Below are positions 48,542-61,400 of a DNA stretch of 64,000 nt, one piece after another. The DNA lies in assembly GCA_020891255.1 (NCBI GenBank), contig BQFW01000013.1, forward strand, positions 1,488,001 to 1,552,000. The letters are read 5' to 3'. The notes beneath the pieces were generated by a model. It saw nothing but the letters and a program-made list of their open reading frames with translations, was not told the DNA's origin and did not search any database. The translations under genes and the position numbers were made by a program. Numbering within the stretch: position 1 is the first letter of the stretch; each line of letters starts with the position of its first letter. The DNA is from Entomortierella parvispora E1425. Its lineage: Eukaryota; Fungi; Mortierellomycota.

Positions 48542-50751
48542 CTATGCTTTGTCTGAAGGTGCTTCCGATGTCGATGCCTCGACCTTCTCCGCAAGGGCGG
48601 AAATGGAGTTCTCGGCACTTGGTGCTGCTGTCCTAGACTGGGAGAGTCCGGAGGGCTCTCCTATCATCTGCGCTGGCTGGCTTGGTCGAGGAGAGTCCAC
48701 CTCGCTATTGTCTGCACTGTTGCTCTCGCTATTCGCAGCACTCTCAACAAGAGCCAACTTGAGACGCTTTCTCTCCTGATGCTTCTTTGCCTTGACTTCA
48801 GTGGGGAGACACTTCTGACGCTCCATCAACTAGAATATAACACGTTGAGGGTCAGTGACAATCCAATCCAATAGCTCTCGATGACGAGTCAAAAAACCTG
48901 TACCTGACCCTATAAACTTACCGAAGAGTATCGCTTGCCCATAAACATTCGCAGGTCGCCTCCCAGAGAAATGTTATTCTCGTTCTTGGCGTTCTGTTGG
49001 GCATAGTCGCCTAACCGAATCGAGTCGCCCTTCTCTGGCAAATTGACCAGCATGGCCTGGTCAAGCTGCTCCAACATCCTAGAGTACATCAAGGACTTGG
49101 TCACATAGCAAGACCACTGATCCTCCATGGCTCTGTACAATCGCAAAGGTGTAATGTCATTGACAAGATCCACCTCGGTTTGGTACTGCCACTCCAAGTT
49201 TTCGAAATGGCACTCGTGAAGCACCAAGGGAAGATCCGAAGCCATATCATAGTTGGGCTTGGCAGGGCACTGCTTGATATCCATCAGCTGATCCACAATT
49301 TCCGGCTCTTCCAGACCTTGGCCAACCGCGAACAAAACTGACATCATACAACGGACCTGGTGCCACAAAAATGCCGATCCTCGCAAAGTCAATTGGTAAA
49401 ACTCTCTGCTGGGCTTTCCTGGGAAATCGTGCTCTGGCACAGTATCGATTGAAATGGCGTGAATGGTACGGTCATAGTTCTCGATCGTCTTGGACGCATC
49501 ATACTTGCAAAAGTTCCTGAAGTCATGCGTGCCCAAAAACTTAACCGCCGCCGTCCGCATACGGTCAATGTCGATAATGCCCTTGGGGAAGAAGTACTTG
49601 TACCGGCGCCAAGAGCAGTGAAAGCGAGCGTTAAAATCTTCAGGAACAGGAGTCCAGGCAGTGATACGGATATCCGGTGGGAGAAGTCGGTTAATGATGT
49701 TCAAGTAGGCCAACTCTCCAAAGACACTGCCATCCTTGTTGCGTTTGATGCCTCGCTTGTAATACACGCCTGCCTTGGCCTCGAGCTCGTCTTGCGTCAG
49801 CTTTGCGTCCTCAGCCTTCATCTCCTCCGTCATCGGCACAAATCCATCGCCCTCAGATCGGATCACATCGGGGGAGCTCTTTGGAAGAGCCGATCGGACT
49901 GTAAGGGCAATAACTTGTCCAAGACCACTGACTCCTCGGTCTGTCCTGCCGCAGCGAGAATAGTTGCACTGTAAAGGATCTTCGATGATCCTGGCCGCCA
50001 TGAGCGCATTGAAAATCTCAGATTCGACGGTCTTGATCTCATTGACACCTTGGGAGGCAAATCCTCCATAGGGCCATCCAAAGTAGGCGACCCTGAAAGC
50101 AACATGGCGTTTGGCGTACTTTGAGAAGTCGAAGGGTCTTCGATCCTTTTTCTTTGGCGTTTCAATAGTCGAATATGTAACACTCTCGACTGAGGGAGAT
50201 CCTGGTTGGGAGGCATCGTCGGTACCGTCTTCCATACGTGGGGTTGACTCCATGGAAACTGGACTAGAGGATGTGGATGCGCTCATAAGATGGGCTGGGA
50301 TGGCAGAGCCGACTTCTGTTGAGCTTGCTGAAGCAGAGTTGGCAGCCTCGAGTTCTCTGATCCTCTGAAGAAGGGCGTCTCTGGGCCAAGTTGAGTACTT
50401 GTCGACATTGGCACTTCCGCTCCCACTTCCAAGAACGGCTGCAGATCCGCCTTCGCGGTTTCGACGCTTGCGCTCGGCCTTTGTCAGACGGCCTTCTCTG
50501 ATAACGGGGCGGTCTTTGTTGGTAGCCATGTTGTAATCTTCGACAAAATTCTTGATATTATTGGAACGTGCACTCTTGAGGAACGGGGTATTATCACGAA
50601 TTGGGCGCTCCTTTGGGATGAAGAGCTTTGATGCAGCGGCGCAGGGAGAAGTGGAAAAGGAGGCGCGGTTCGATGACTGGGAAAGGTTGGTGGCAAATAC
50701 AGAGAGGGGGGGAGGAGCAAATGGGATCCTGCAGCAGAAGATGCGGAGCAT
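48542..50751 (-). CDS. DEG1: tRNA pseudouridine 38/39 synthase (TruA family, Pus3/Deg1)
   Basis: RHVAFRVAYFGWPYGGFASQ, YSRCGRTDRGVSGLGQV (catalytic Asp), FNARFHC..RRYKYFF, GTHDFRNFCK, GSAFLWHQVRCMM; one intron ~48903-48830. Confidence 0.95.
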
Positions 50752-51070
50752 GCCCTTCGGTAGATTAAGTAAATGCAAGAAGAGGACTCAAGGAGGAGGT
50801 GCGTCAAAAGTCGATGCGTCCTAGTCCTGATCCTGACGGGTTGTCGAAAATGCACTTGAAAGAAGAGTGAGAGAAAGCAATGTTCAGATGCATCGGTTTT
50901 GTTTGAGAAAAAAGTGTGACTGCCACTTTTTTCTTTTTTTTCTTTTTTGCACAAAGTAGCAGTGGTGGCGACCATAGGAGAAAGAAGACGGTTGGTACGG
51001 CAGGAGCATTTGAGCAACGAATATATCCATAGACAAGGAAGGAAACTGTGCTTTATTATGACTTCATTAT

Positions 51071-51364
51071 CTAGTGCTTGTGGCCATGTGCATGCTCTGC
51101 GTGATGCTCTCCTTCTGGATGGACCCGGTGCTCCAGGTTGACCTCGCCACCAGTGGCCAATTGTGCGTGGATAGCAGGAGCGTGTACAGTTGCATGGGAG
51201 GCCGTGTGTCCATGTTCGTGTCCATGCGGGTGTCCCTGTTGGCTGTGTGGTTGTTGCTTGTGCGTGCTGTGAGCCGACGATGCAGAAGGAGGGTGCGCTG
51301 CCTCTGTCGCAGCAATCGTGCTATCTCTGAGGTCGTACGTGTGATGTTCGCTCTTGTCAGACAT
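51071..51364 (-). CDS. Small histidine-rich protein (97 aa, 22 His), unknown family
   Basis: ATG follows a pyrimidine-rich leader like other genes here; TAA is followed by AATAAA; gene-like codon usage. Confidence 0.6.
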   Translation of the reverse strand: MSDKSEHHTYDLRDSTIAATEAAHPPSASSAHSTHKQQPHSQQGHPHGHEHGHTASHATVHAPAIHAQLATGGEVNLEHRVHPEGEHHAEHAHGHKH

Positions 51365-52899
51365 AGGAGAAAGTGGGTGGGCGAGTAAAAAGGTAGAAAA
51401 GATGGCGAAGTGAAAGTGTGGATATTTTACGATGGTTGAGTGTGTGGAAGAGAAAGAAGAGAGAAGAATGCGCTGGTGGGTGGGCGTGGACCTCATGATG
51501 TTGAGTGATCTGCACACGTGACAAGCCTGGTCTCCAAGAGGTTGTCGGAACGTGCTTCGCCCGAAGTACACCCGCTAGGCCCACACCTCTCTCGACACCT
51601 AGGGTCGAAAGACTTCCTCAATATTCCTATCGTTTGAAAGTCCTTCGTCTGGTCTTCGACGGTCAAGCCCCTACAAGTCAACTTGGGTTCACCAGCGGGC
51701 AGAGGCTGCCCCTAAAGTAACTGTGACAGCTGGCTCTTGATCAACAACCGGTCTAATGTTTTCTAGACCATGACAAGACTCCCCATATCAAGAATCCCTT
51801 GTACTCTACTTTGCACAGCTCTTTGCTGCAAGAATTCCAAACTTCAAATTCAAAGATGACCTGCTGGAAGTGGAATATGTTGGTCCAGCTACAATGTAAC
51901 TCTACCTCCGTTTTGGCGATCTCGGGCCGATTATTGTCGATCTCCTAATTGCTCTGGATAGCCAAGGTTGGCAGGATTTTAAGCGGCAACAATGAGGCAC
52001 TGCCTCGCCATTGATCCGACATACACCGCCCTACTTGACCGTAGCACAGACGCAGGATCATGGAGCCAGGATGTACATGTATATTTTTATTCTTGGAGTA
52101 TCCCAAGGAGTCGGATTTGAAATGTGGACCAAACTATATCTACGAGATGACCCATGGAGTGCAGTGCGTCTGGATCGTTGAACCCAATATCCAGTCGTCA
52201 CAGTACTAGCTTTTTTTTTCAGGATATCTTATTTCGATATTCCTGAAGAGAATGAAACTTGAGAGATCACCTTTTTTTTTTGTTCGCTTGATCAATCGCT
52301 TATATTGCAGTTGTTGAGAAATACCGTCGTCTTGGAGCTCGACGCTGATCTTGAAGGCTCATGCCAGGTTGCAACTGTGCGTGGTCAATCCAGAATTGTT
52401 CAAACTTGCACTCTTTGAAATATCGGAACTTGGCCTGCATGGAATGGTAAGGAAGGGAGGTGGAGGTGGAGGGATTGATTCAAGGGGGATCATTGATCAA
52501 AGGGTTTTTGTCGACACGTTGTTGTCTCCCACAGAATGAAGCTTTGAAGATCGTCAAGTCAATAGAGACCGTCAGATTGTGATGATTAAGCAATTGCCAA
52601 GTCACCTGGAGCACAAGCACACAGATGAGTGGGCTTGCCTGACCCTAGATATGTTGAAGGAGGGCTACGAATGAGTTTGGGGGCGTGGTCAAGCGGAAAG
52701 TGTAGTCGTGTGTTTTGTGGCGCGACTTGTTGCGCCACGTTGGGTTTGATTTTGTGCCACGTCAGTTCAGCGCCCCTGGAGTGATGCACAGCCCACTGGC
52801 CCTCGAATAACAACCCTGCTCTCGGCCAGGAGAGCTCTTTCTTACTTTTCTCTCCATTCCCTCATTCACGAGCTCAAATATCGCCACCAATCAAGATCA

Positions 52900-54780
52900 A
52901 TGTCCCCCGCTCTAAAATCCAACCCGATCGAAATCCCAGAAATCTTGCGCCTTGTCGGCTCTCACCTTTCCGAGCACGATGTCAAGACTTGTATGGAAGT
53001 CTCCAAGACTTGGAACGAACTCTTCTGTGGCTATCGTTGGCATCACCTCTATTACAGCCGTAATGGGATCCCACACCTCGATAAATACGGTCATCTTGTT
53101 CGCTCTCTCCATTGCTTTTCTGTGAGGGAGGAAGATCTGCGTATCATGGCTGGATCTTGTCACCTTGTTCAGACACTTCGACTCGAACTTCGGCCAGAAC
53201 TCTTCATGCTGAATTTGGAAATTCTCACAAGCAACATGCCGTTTATACAGGACCTGACCCTTGTGTTCTCCTACCGCCTCTCGATCGAGCATTGGATGGC
53301 AATCGCTCAGTTAAAGCATCTGAGGCTGCTCTGTTTGTCAGCGGAGAGATCGACCAACAGTCAAGTTGATATGGCGATGCTGACCCACGTCTTTAACCAA
53401 TGTCCCTCAATTATCTCCCTCAAACTGAAAGGGCAGTTCCTTACTATCAACGCCACACCCTCACGGCCGCAAATGCCGTCTTACATCCCCATTTTCGGTC
53501 AGCCTGACGAAAATTTTGTAAAACGATGGCTTCGCCAGCGCTTTTACCGGCACGAAATCAGCCCAGCGATTTCAACCCCTGCAATCAAGAGCAAGGAGCC
53601 CTGGCGCAAGTTTGTCAGCTATCCGGCCATGACCCCTGCCCAATGGACTAGTCAATCCCTGAATGCTCAACCCACGTACCCTCCAAGACTGACCCGCCTG
53701 TGTCTCGAAGATATATCATCCTCTTTGCTTGACAAACGTCCCCTGTCCCTGGTGCTCAAGCAAGCACCATATGTCGAGGATCTGTCTTTGGATTTTAGAA
53801 GGTTTGAACCGGCCTTGGTGGCTGAATTCTTGGACGGTATTGATGAAACATGTCATCAGATCCGAGTGCTAAAGTTGGATGGGCTTCAGATATATCCCTT
53901 GTCGAGGAAATCGATCAACCAATTCTTTCAGCGGCTCCGAAGAACACTGACGGATCTGACAGTCAAGAACTGTCAGGATATCGAGTCTGTGTTTGAATTG
54001 ATCCCAGAATTGACCGTTGCTGGTTTAGAGAGAATCACTCTTGATGGGTCTCTGGATAATCCCGAGGCGCTCCATCAATTGATGCGTCGATGCCTCTCGT
54101 TAAAGTCTTTTGCTTGGAATTGTCCACATGAAAGACGGTTCCGAGTCTGGACCACGCGTCCCAATGCCAGGGGTATGCTGAGAATATCGCCTATTACCCC
54201 ACCGATCGAACTCCCGCGTCAATTGGACACAATGCCAGAGCCTTGGGGTTGTTATGAGACGATTCGATCTTTGGAGCAGACTTTTGGCTTTACCACTACA
54301 GAAAGTATGGACGCCTATTTTTCACGACTCAGGGAGATGCGGCAACTGGTGTCCCTGGGTACACTTTTGTGCGATCTACGCCAGCTGCTAGCGCACGCCC
54401 GTCAGCTCACAGACGACGATCTTAGTTCAGAGTACGTCTATGTCGAAAAACCAAAGGACGACAATGGAGAGAATACTCCCAACCCAGGCAATCGATGGTA
54501 CCTGCCCTCAATCCAGGAGCTGACCTTGTCATCCTTGATCGACTGGCGAGTCTCTGCTGGTTCAATCAGTGCGATGCCAAACGAAATTGATACCCATATG
54601 GCATTGGTCCAGGAGGAAGTGGAGCAAATCTTGCAAGTATTCCCAAGCTTGAAAAAAATCAACTACAGAGGCTATTGGTATCCACTGGAAAGCAAAGCAA
54701 GAACTTGGCTCCAGGAGGAGTCTAACCGCGATATTTCTGTCCTTCACGTCCCCTTACTATCACATTCATACTTTTTATAA
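52900..54780 (+). CDS. Intronless F-box/LRR (RNI-like) protein
   Basis: 626-aa ORF; N-terminal F-box-like NPIEIPEILRLVGSHL..CMEVSKTW; LxxLxL repeats. Confidence 0.8.
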   Translation: MSPALKSNPIEIPEILRLVGSHLSEHDVKTCMEVSKTWNELFCGYRWHHLYYSRNGIPHLDKYGHLVRSLHCFSVREEDLRIMAGSCHLVQTLRLELRPELFMLNLEILTSNMPFIQDLTLVFSYRLSIEHWMAIAQLKHLRLLCLSAERSTNSQVDMAMLTHVFNQCPSIISLKLKGQFLTINATPSRPQMPSYIPIFGQPDENFVKRWLRQRFYRHEISPAISTPAIKSKEPWRKFVSYPAMTPAQWTSQSLNAQPTYPPRLTRLCLEDISSSLLDKRPLSLVLKQAPYVEDLSLDFRRFEPALVAEFLDGIDETCHQIRVLKLDGLQIYPLSRKSINQFFQRLRRTLTDLTVKNCQDIESVFELIPELTVAGLERITLDGSLDNPEALHQLMRRCLSLKSFAWNCPHERRFRVWTTRPNARGMLRISPITPPIELPRQLDTMPEPWGCYETIRSLEQTFGFTTTESMDAYFSRLREMRQLVSLGTLLCDLRQLLAHARQLTDDDLSSEYVYVEKPKDDNGENTPNPGNRWYLPSIQELTLSSLIDWRVSAGSISAMPNEIDTHMALVQEEVEQILQVFPSLKKINYRGYWYPLESKARTWLQEESNRDISVLHVPLLSHSYFL

Positions 54781-54944
54781 TGGCCAGTTTTATGTTGTCA
54801 TGACCAACCTTTGCCTCTTTTTTACTTCTATATGATGGTGTCATTAAATATGGTATACGGCGCCCCAACTCCCTGGCTCTTCTTGTTGTCATGTTGTTGT
54901 CGTAACGGTCTCCTTTTGTTTTGAGAATGGGATTGCTGTTCCTC

Positions 54945-56864
54945 TTAGACACGATCATACTCGACCAGCAGACTCTGACGATTGGCGTCCCGACACCATT
55001 GCCGGACAATATCACCCTGTTTAGCCATCCCGCCAGCGACGTGCAAGGTCTTCAAGTTGGGCCAGTGAACCAAGATCCATTGGAAGGTGGCTTTGTCCAG
55101 GGGCATGTGGCGGTACTGCGAGTACCAAAAGTACTCCATCTTTGTGCATTTTGACATCCAGGCCAGCGTGGTCTCATGTGGAGAGATGCTTAGACTCGGA
55201 TACGAAACCGTCAAGCTCTTCATCTCCAAAAATTGAGACACATGTTGAAAAATCATGGATCCCGTACCCTGGAACCCACAGACAAGCTTCTCCAATTTTG
55301 AACAGGCCCAGGGTGTCCTCACGACATCATCGTCCATGAGCTTGTCGAGATGAAAGATCACGCCGTCGGCCTCCAGCTCTCGAAGGCGAGTGTTGGTCTG
55401 AACAAAGCGAAGCAAAGCTCCTTTGAACTCCCGATGCATAGCGCAACCAAAGGAGACATCCAAACTCTCGACCAGAGGACAATGCTCTGCCAAGGTTTCC
55501 ATGGCTCGTTTACCAAACCAAGAGTTCCGGAACCCAACAGTGGTCAGCAATGGGAATGCCTTCAAGATTTCAACTATCGTGTCCTCTCGGATGGTATCGA
55601 ACGGAATAGCCATCCGGATACTCCTCAAATGAGGGTAGGACACCTTCAAAGAGTGAATGAACGATTGGGACCAATTCCAGCGGTAGATTTTGATCATCAT
55701 GTCCGGAACTAAAAATTCCTCGATCAAGAGACTTTCCAGCTTGGGCATCAAGGTCGAGACCGCGATGAGCCCCTCCTGTGAAATATCGACTAGACGGAGA
55801 TTAAGTGTCTTGATCCCGGAAGGAGGTGCAGCCCTAATGGCTGTGATTGACGTTTTACTGCTTTTCATCTCGTTTTCGGACGATATGGACAATGAAGAAG
55901 AGAAGACTGGCATGTGTTGTGCTCCTGAAGTAACCGCAGCAAACGGCATAGAGATGGCGGCTCCTGTCGCTGTTGTCACTCCTCCTTCTGCTGCTGCTGC
56001 TGCTGCTGTTGGCAATTCCGTGGTGGCGACAGGCGCAGCAGGGATATAGGTCTCACCACCCGATGTGGACGAAGCTGGAGAAGAGCTGGAAGATCCAGAG
56101 CCAGTGGCGACAAGATGTGTTGTCAAGGTAAAAAGACCTTCGAGCGTGAGATGAACAAGGTGAGGATACGCCAGCAATATGTCTTCCATGTAGATCTTGT
56201 GCTTCCGCACTGGATATCCTTTGGTGCTGATCTGAAGACTGGACACAGTGCTGGCGGGTAGGGTCAGGATCATGTTTGGATCTTGGTTCTGAATCCGGAC
56301 AGAGAGTTTCCCAAGCGAGGGCGTCTCGCCTGCATGGAGGCTCGACTCGAGTTGTTTGAAAGTTCGTTCCATGGTCTTTGGCAGAGGGGTCTTTTTGCGA
56401 AAGATGTGGTGCCAGGCCTGTTTCTTGGGCACCGAGGTCTTAATGGGGGGTTCTTGGATCCATTCGATCGAGGTTGCAAACCGAGTATGATCTTGAAAGG
56501 CTCTGATGAAATCAGGTTGATCAAAATCGGTCGCGTGGATGACCCTGAAGAGCAATGGTTGGAGAATATGATGCCATTCTCTGCACACAGCAGTACAGCG
56601 GGCCAAGGTGGATCTATTAAGGTAGGAGGCGATGGCGAGGACAATCTCGGGAATGCTCAATGCTGGTGACAGTGTACGGAGAGCACTGGCGGATGAGGAA
56701 GTTGGTGCTGTAGTCCTGCGCTCAAGAATGTTGAATCGTTTGGAGAGGGAACTAGCAGGGGTGGGCTCGTTGGAGGTGGGAGGGGAAGACTCTTTTGTCT
56801 TTTGGCTGTCTTTTGAGGACAACAGCTGGCGGTTGGAGCGTTTCCATTTGAGGGTGGGGATCAT
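54945..56864 (-). CDS. Intronless F-box/LRR (RNI-like) protein
   Basis: LSIPEIVLAIASYL..CTAVCREW F-box-like motif; LRR segments; PWACSKLEKL; probable start MIPTLKW at 56864. Confidence 0.82.
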   Translation of the reverse strand: MIPTLKWKRSNRQLLSSKDSQKTKESSPPTSNEPTPASSLSKRFNILERRTTAPTSSSASALRTLSPALSIPEIVLAIASYLNRSTLARCTAVCREWHHILQPLLFRVIHATDFDQPDFIRAFQDHTRFATSIEWIQEPPIKTSVPKKQAWHHIFRKKTPLPKTMERTFKQLESSLHAGETPSLGKLSVRIQNQDPNMILTLPASTVSSLQISTKGYPVRKHKIYMEDILLAYPHLVHLTLEGLFTLTTHLVATGSGSSSSSPASSTSGGETYIPAAPVATTELPTAAAAAAEGGVTTATGAAISMPFAAVTSGAQHMPVFSSSLSISSENEMKSSKTSITAIRAAPPSGIKTLNLRLVDISQEGLIAVSTLMPKLESLLIEEFLVPDMMIKIYRWNWSQSFIHSLKVSYPHLRSIRMAIPFDTIREDTIVEILKAFPLLTTVGFRNSWFGKRAMETLAEHCPLVESLDVSFGCAMHREFKGALLRFVQTNTRLRELEADGVIFHLDKLMDDDVVRTPWACSKLEKLVCGFQGTGSMIFQHVSQFLEMKSLTVSYPSLSISPHETTLAWMSKCTKMEYFWYSQYRHMPLDKATFQWILVHWPNLKTLHVAGGMAKQGDIVRQWCRDANRQSLLVEYDRV

Positions 56865-58437
56865 GGCCAGGCGGGAAGAGAGAACTGAGGACAATGAGCA
56901 GGTGTGACGAGTGGATAAGGACGAGGGAGGAGAGGAAGGAAAAGAAGAAGCGAACGAGAGGGAGCAGGGGAAGAGGACGGGGTTTATATTTGGGAGGAAG
57001 GAGCAATGGAAGGACGGATGGTGGCACAACCAGCTCTAATTGCATTCAAAGATAGATAAACAAAGAGACAGACAGACATGCAGACAGAAGACAGACAAAC
57101 ATATGACACCGTGGATCATTGGAGTGGTGTCCGTGTGCAGTCGAGAGGTTGCTCCAGGCAAGGAAGTGAGTGGGGCAGACAAACAGCCAGGCAGGCAAAG
57201 TAAAGAATGGGCAAAAAATGGACGGTGTGGAGATGAAAAAAAAAATAGAGTTAATTGCCGTCCCGCGGCTGACACTGCTCTCGGTCGTCCCGTCCCTGAG
57301 GAATGAGAGTCATCATCATCTCTGGGGGCCGCCGCCGCTGGTGCTCTCCGTTTCCCGCTGGTCGCCGTGGCTCTCACTCCCCTCGACTCAGCCTCTTACT
57401 CTGGAATGGTGCCATACTCCAAGCTGTTTATAATTACAATCAAAAATGCAATGTGGCGGTGAAAATACGATTGTTTTTTTTTCTTTCTTCTTTGGACGGA
57501 TGACCTTTTTTTTTTTTTTTTTTTTGAACGCTGCGCCCTTCACAGCTATCTGCCTGCATTAACTTGCTTGCAGTCGCAGCCATTTGAACGATGAGGCCCC
57601 TCATGTACCTTAAAATGGTTGAGTTTGCAATATTGAGGCAGGGGTAACAGATGATGGAGGCCGCTCGTTGGCGTCGAGCAACCACGGCATGACAATTCTT
57701 GCTGTTTTTTCCATGCTCCCAGATCAAGAAACGTGTGACGGACAGCCTTGCGTCCAGCAAGCAAGCAAGCAAATAAGAAAGCGGACACGGTCTGACACAT
57801 CCAAAAAAAAACCGCGTGGCATTTATGTTACAAGATCATTGACCAACCACTTGGTCTTGTCTATTGTCTCTCCCTCTCTCTCTCCTTTCCAACCTACGAT
57901 TGATCCTCTTTCTGCTCTCTGACAATCCGTCTGTTAACTTTGCGTTCTGGTGTTCCTGTTCCTCTATCGTCCTTCTGTGGTCCCTCCTCACCCCACTGCT
58001 ACGATTCGCAGTCCTTCATTTCCAGCTGAAAACACACCTTGCCCCTGTTTTAATTCATCCAGCTCAGTCCTTCGTCTGTCCTCCGTGTTTTTGTAATTTT
58101 TGTCTGTGTTCCCACCCGCCCGCGCTGCACGTCCATCCCTCTGGGTGCGCACTGGTTGTTTGCTCTCGGGGGTCTTTTCCCCCCACTCTGCACTCTGCAA
58201 CTGACGCAAAAACAGAGGCGCTATATAAAGGATCATTGCCATCCCAAAGATTGTTTGCTTCTCTTTCCGCCCGTCTCCCCCTCCTCTTCGTCTCTTTCAG
58301 TTCTTGCTTCTGTTCTTGTCTGTTTTTTGAACCCTTTTTTCTCCTCGTCCTGGTCCGTTGCGATCTTGACTATTTCCTTTCTCTCCCTCTTCCCTCTCCA
58401 TCTCTCTTTTCTCTCTCGCCACCAAAAAAGAACACAG

Positions 58438-61400
58438 ATGGCCTCATCAGCATCGCCTAGCATCATCGCCAACACGCCACCATCAGCACCGCCACATGTT
58501 CCTGCCAGGCTTACCGAGGATGCAACCATCGTCCATATCGACTCGCAAACTCAAATAGGAAGCAGTGCTGTGCGCATGGACTCGGCCACTTCAGGAACAA
58601 GCACTGGAGCTGCTGCATCAACCTCAAGGACAACGATGGCACCAGTGACGATAACGATACCGCCTCTTCAGACACGGGAAGAAGCACAGCAGGAGTTTGC
58701 TCGACAACTCGCAGCTGTTCGACCCTGGTGGAGGCCGCCTGCTCGGAGCTTTCGCCCCCACCCGGGCAACCGCGCTATTACTTCTTTTGCACCCACTACG
58801 ACATTGACAGTTGCCCCTGATTCCCCAACAACACCGGCGCGGGTCGAGAACGTGGTACACTATGGCTGGAGGGTCCTCAACTACGTGCTCCGGATACCAT
58901 TTCGGGAGATGCTGGGAAACATCATGCGGCCCTACGATCCAACCGCGCCGCTACCACTACCCGATGTGCCCCTATATGCTACCATCATCGACACAAGGAC
59001 AAATCAAAGGTTTGGTGTAGGGAGAGCAAGAGGAACATCCGGATCAACGACTGGAAGAGGAGAGGGTAACAGCGACACACCTGCTCCCTCGGATACCTCG
59101 TCAGGTCAACCTTCAACCACAATGACTGGAGACTGGGAATATCTACCGCAAGTTCGCAAGGCTTGGGCTGAAAGAACTCCGAGTATGAGCTGGCCTCTGT
59201 CAACGGCTTTTTTTACCAGTATCCTCGCTGTAAGTCGAATTACTTCTCTATTCCCACTCTCTCCTCCTCCTTTTTTCCCCTTTCCCCTTACATCGTACCT
59301 GGACAGAGGCGAAGCTGATTGAATACATGTGGGATGGATGAGTAAACAAAGGCAAAGGCAGTAGACAAAGCAGATCAGGCAAGGGTCCTGACGGTGTTAC
59401 GTGCTGACATACAATGACCCCTACAGGATTACTGGATGGAACGTGCGTTCTGCTTGGTGGTCCCCCCCGTCCGTCCGTCGTTCTGTCGCACTCTTTCTTT
59501 TTGCTCCGCCCCTTGTTTCCGCTCCCGCACTCCACTGTCCACTACACACACTCTTCCAAATCAAATCACGGCGGCATTATGGCCCCCTTGCAACGGTTCG
59601 AACGACCGCAGAAGCTGCCTCAATTATTAACAATATCGGTTCTCTATCCGTCTTTGTTCTCCCTTCTGTGGTTCGCCACCGTGCACCGCGATTTTGCGCA
59701 TCCCGTTCGTCCATTTGATTTGCAGACCGTGCTCGCTATTACAGCCTTGGGCTTGAATTGGCACGTCCCCTGCACGTATCTCAAGGTGTACCTATTAGTC
59801 TTTGTGGTCCGAAAGTGGATTGTGACCTGCCTCATGTTTGACCGGGCCCTCTACCGCCTTCCTCTTGGCCTCACAGAGCCTGACCCCGACATTGACGAAG
59901 AGCGCCACAATGGGATTGCAACATAGTAAGTACCTCGCAAATCGTTTGGAAACGTGTGAATCCAGATTGTCAAGAACAACAGGAAAGAGAGCGTTTCAAC
60001 CCATGGCTCATCCATGCTGATCTGCCCTCCTTGCCTTCTCTCTCCTCCCCCCTCCCCTTACTTCATTATCAACGTTTCACCATGATTTATCTTCCCATGC
60101 ACTCTTATTTGTGTGTAACGATCATCCTAAAAAGCATGGCGTGGCTCTTCACCTGGCACGGATACGCCATGTTCGTCTTTGGTACTCTCTACGTCTACGT
60201 CTACGGATTCAGCCAAGCCCTATCTACGGCACCCGTCATTGCAGGAGTGGCCATGGTCTTCGCGTGTATGGGGCTGACACCTTTTTTCGCTCTGCTGTCC
60301 TTGATGCTTTTGACCATGGCTCTGTTATATTTGCTCTTTCTGTGTCTGATGTGCGCCATCTGGCCCTGTGAGCGCTTGGGATTGACACGCAGGAGAGCCA
60401 TAAGTCGCAGGAACGGAGGCTACCAAAGTGACGGGACCACCAACACAACGGATCTTCGACAGGTGGCGCAAGTCTTGGAGAATGGAGGAGAGTCCACTTC
60501 TGATGGTCCGGGTGACTTTGGAGGCGTGGATCCTCGGAAAATAACCCCAGCGATGGCAGCCATCCCCATCATTATCTTTCGAAAGCGCTCCAAGGCTGTC
60601 GCCGTCCCAGCCACGTCCGCCTCAGAAGAAGTAGATACCATGAATGAAAAGGGACGTCCATCCCCTGGATCATCGCTTTCATCTCAATCGGGGATAGAAG
60701 CAGTGACAGCAGTGTCATCAAAGATGGTCACAGAGTCACTCCGACCTTCAACGAGAACAACAGCGGGAACAGCAGCGTCTCGACCACAAAACCAACAACG
60801 ACCCTCTTCCCGCCCAACCACAGTCTTGATCGCATCACTTTCACCGCAGTCCTCAACTGAACGATTGGAGGGTGGAATTACACCCTCGTCGTCGTCCAGT
60901 GGCAGTAAACAAGGCTCTCCCAGCAGAAGGGTCTCCAGAGTCTTGAATGATCTCACCGTGACCATTCCTTCGGTGCCTTCTTGCTCTCATAATGATAGCC
61001 AAACCGATGCTATCAACCGGATGCCCTTCAGTCTCTCAACCCTTTATAGCCCTACCGCCGTGACACCAACCCACGACCACAGTTGGACAGAGGCGGCCAA
61101 ATCGAGATCTAGATCTGCGTCCCTATCCCTCGCTGCTGCAGTAGGATCAGCACCGGGTGCAACAGACTATCCCTCCTCTGCAACGTTAGCGGTGGGTCGA
61201 CCCCGAACTGTGATCTTGTCCTCCCGCCCACTCTCGCAAGCCTCCTCACTTTCGTCGCTCAACCCTTGCGCTTCTGTCCAAGAGATGAATGAGAGCGAGC
61301 AGCGCCGACTCGCTGTGATCACGCAACAACAGCAAGGGACTAGTCCAATCGGCATCTCTGGAGTACACCCTCCAAGCTCAACAGAAACAATGATGACAAC

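Noticed and set aside
29277-50751. Apparent RNA-metabolism or stress-granule cluster (GIS2, G3BP, SMG-like, DEG1)
   Set aside because: Not contiguous; chance co-location is likely in a gene-dense genome
51600-52850. Possible gene or TE remnant in the intergenic gap before the first F-box gene
   Set aside because: Only short ORFs with no recognisable motif, terminal repeats or consistent splice pattern
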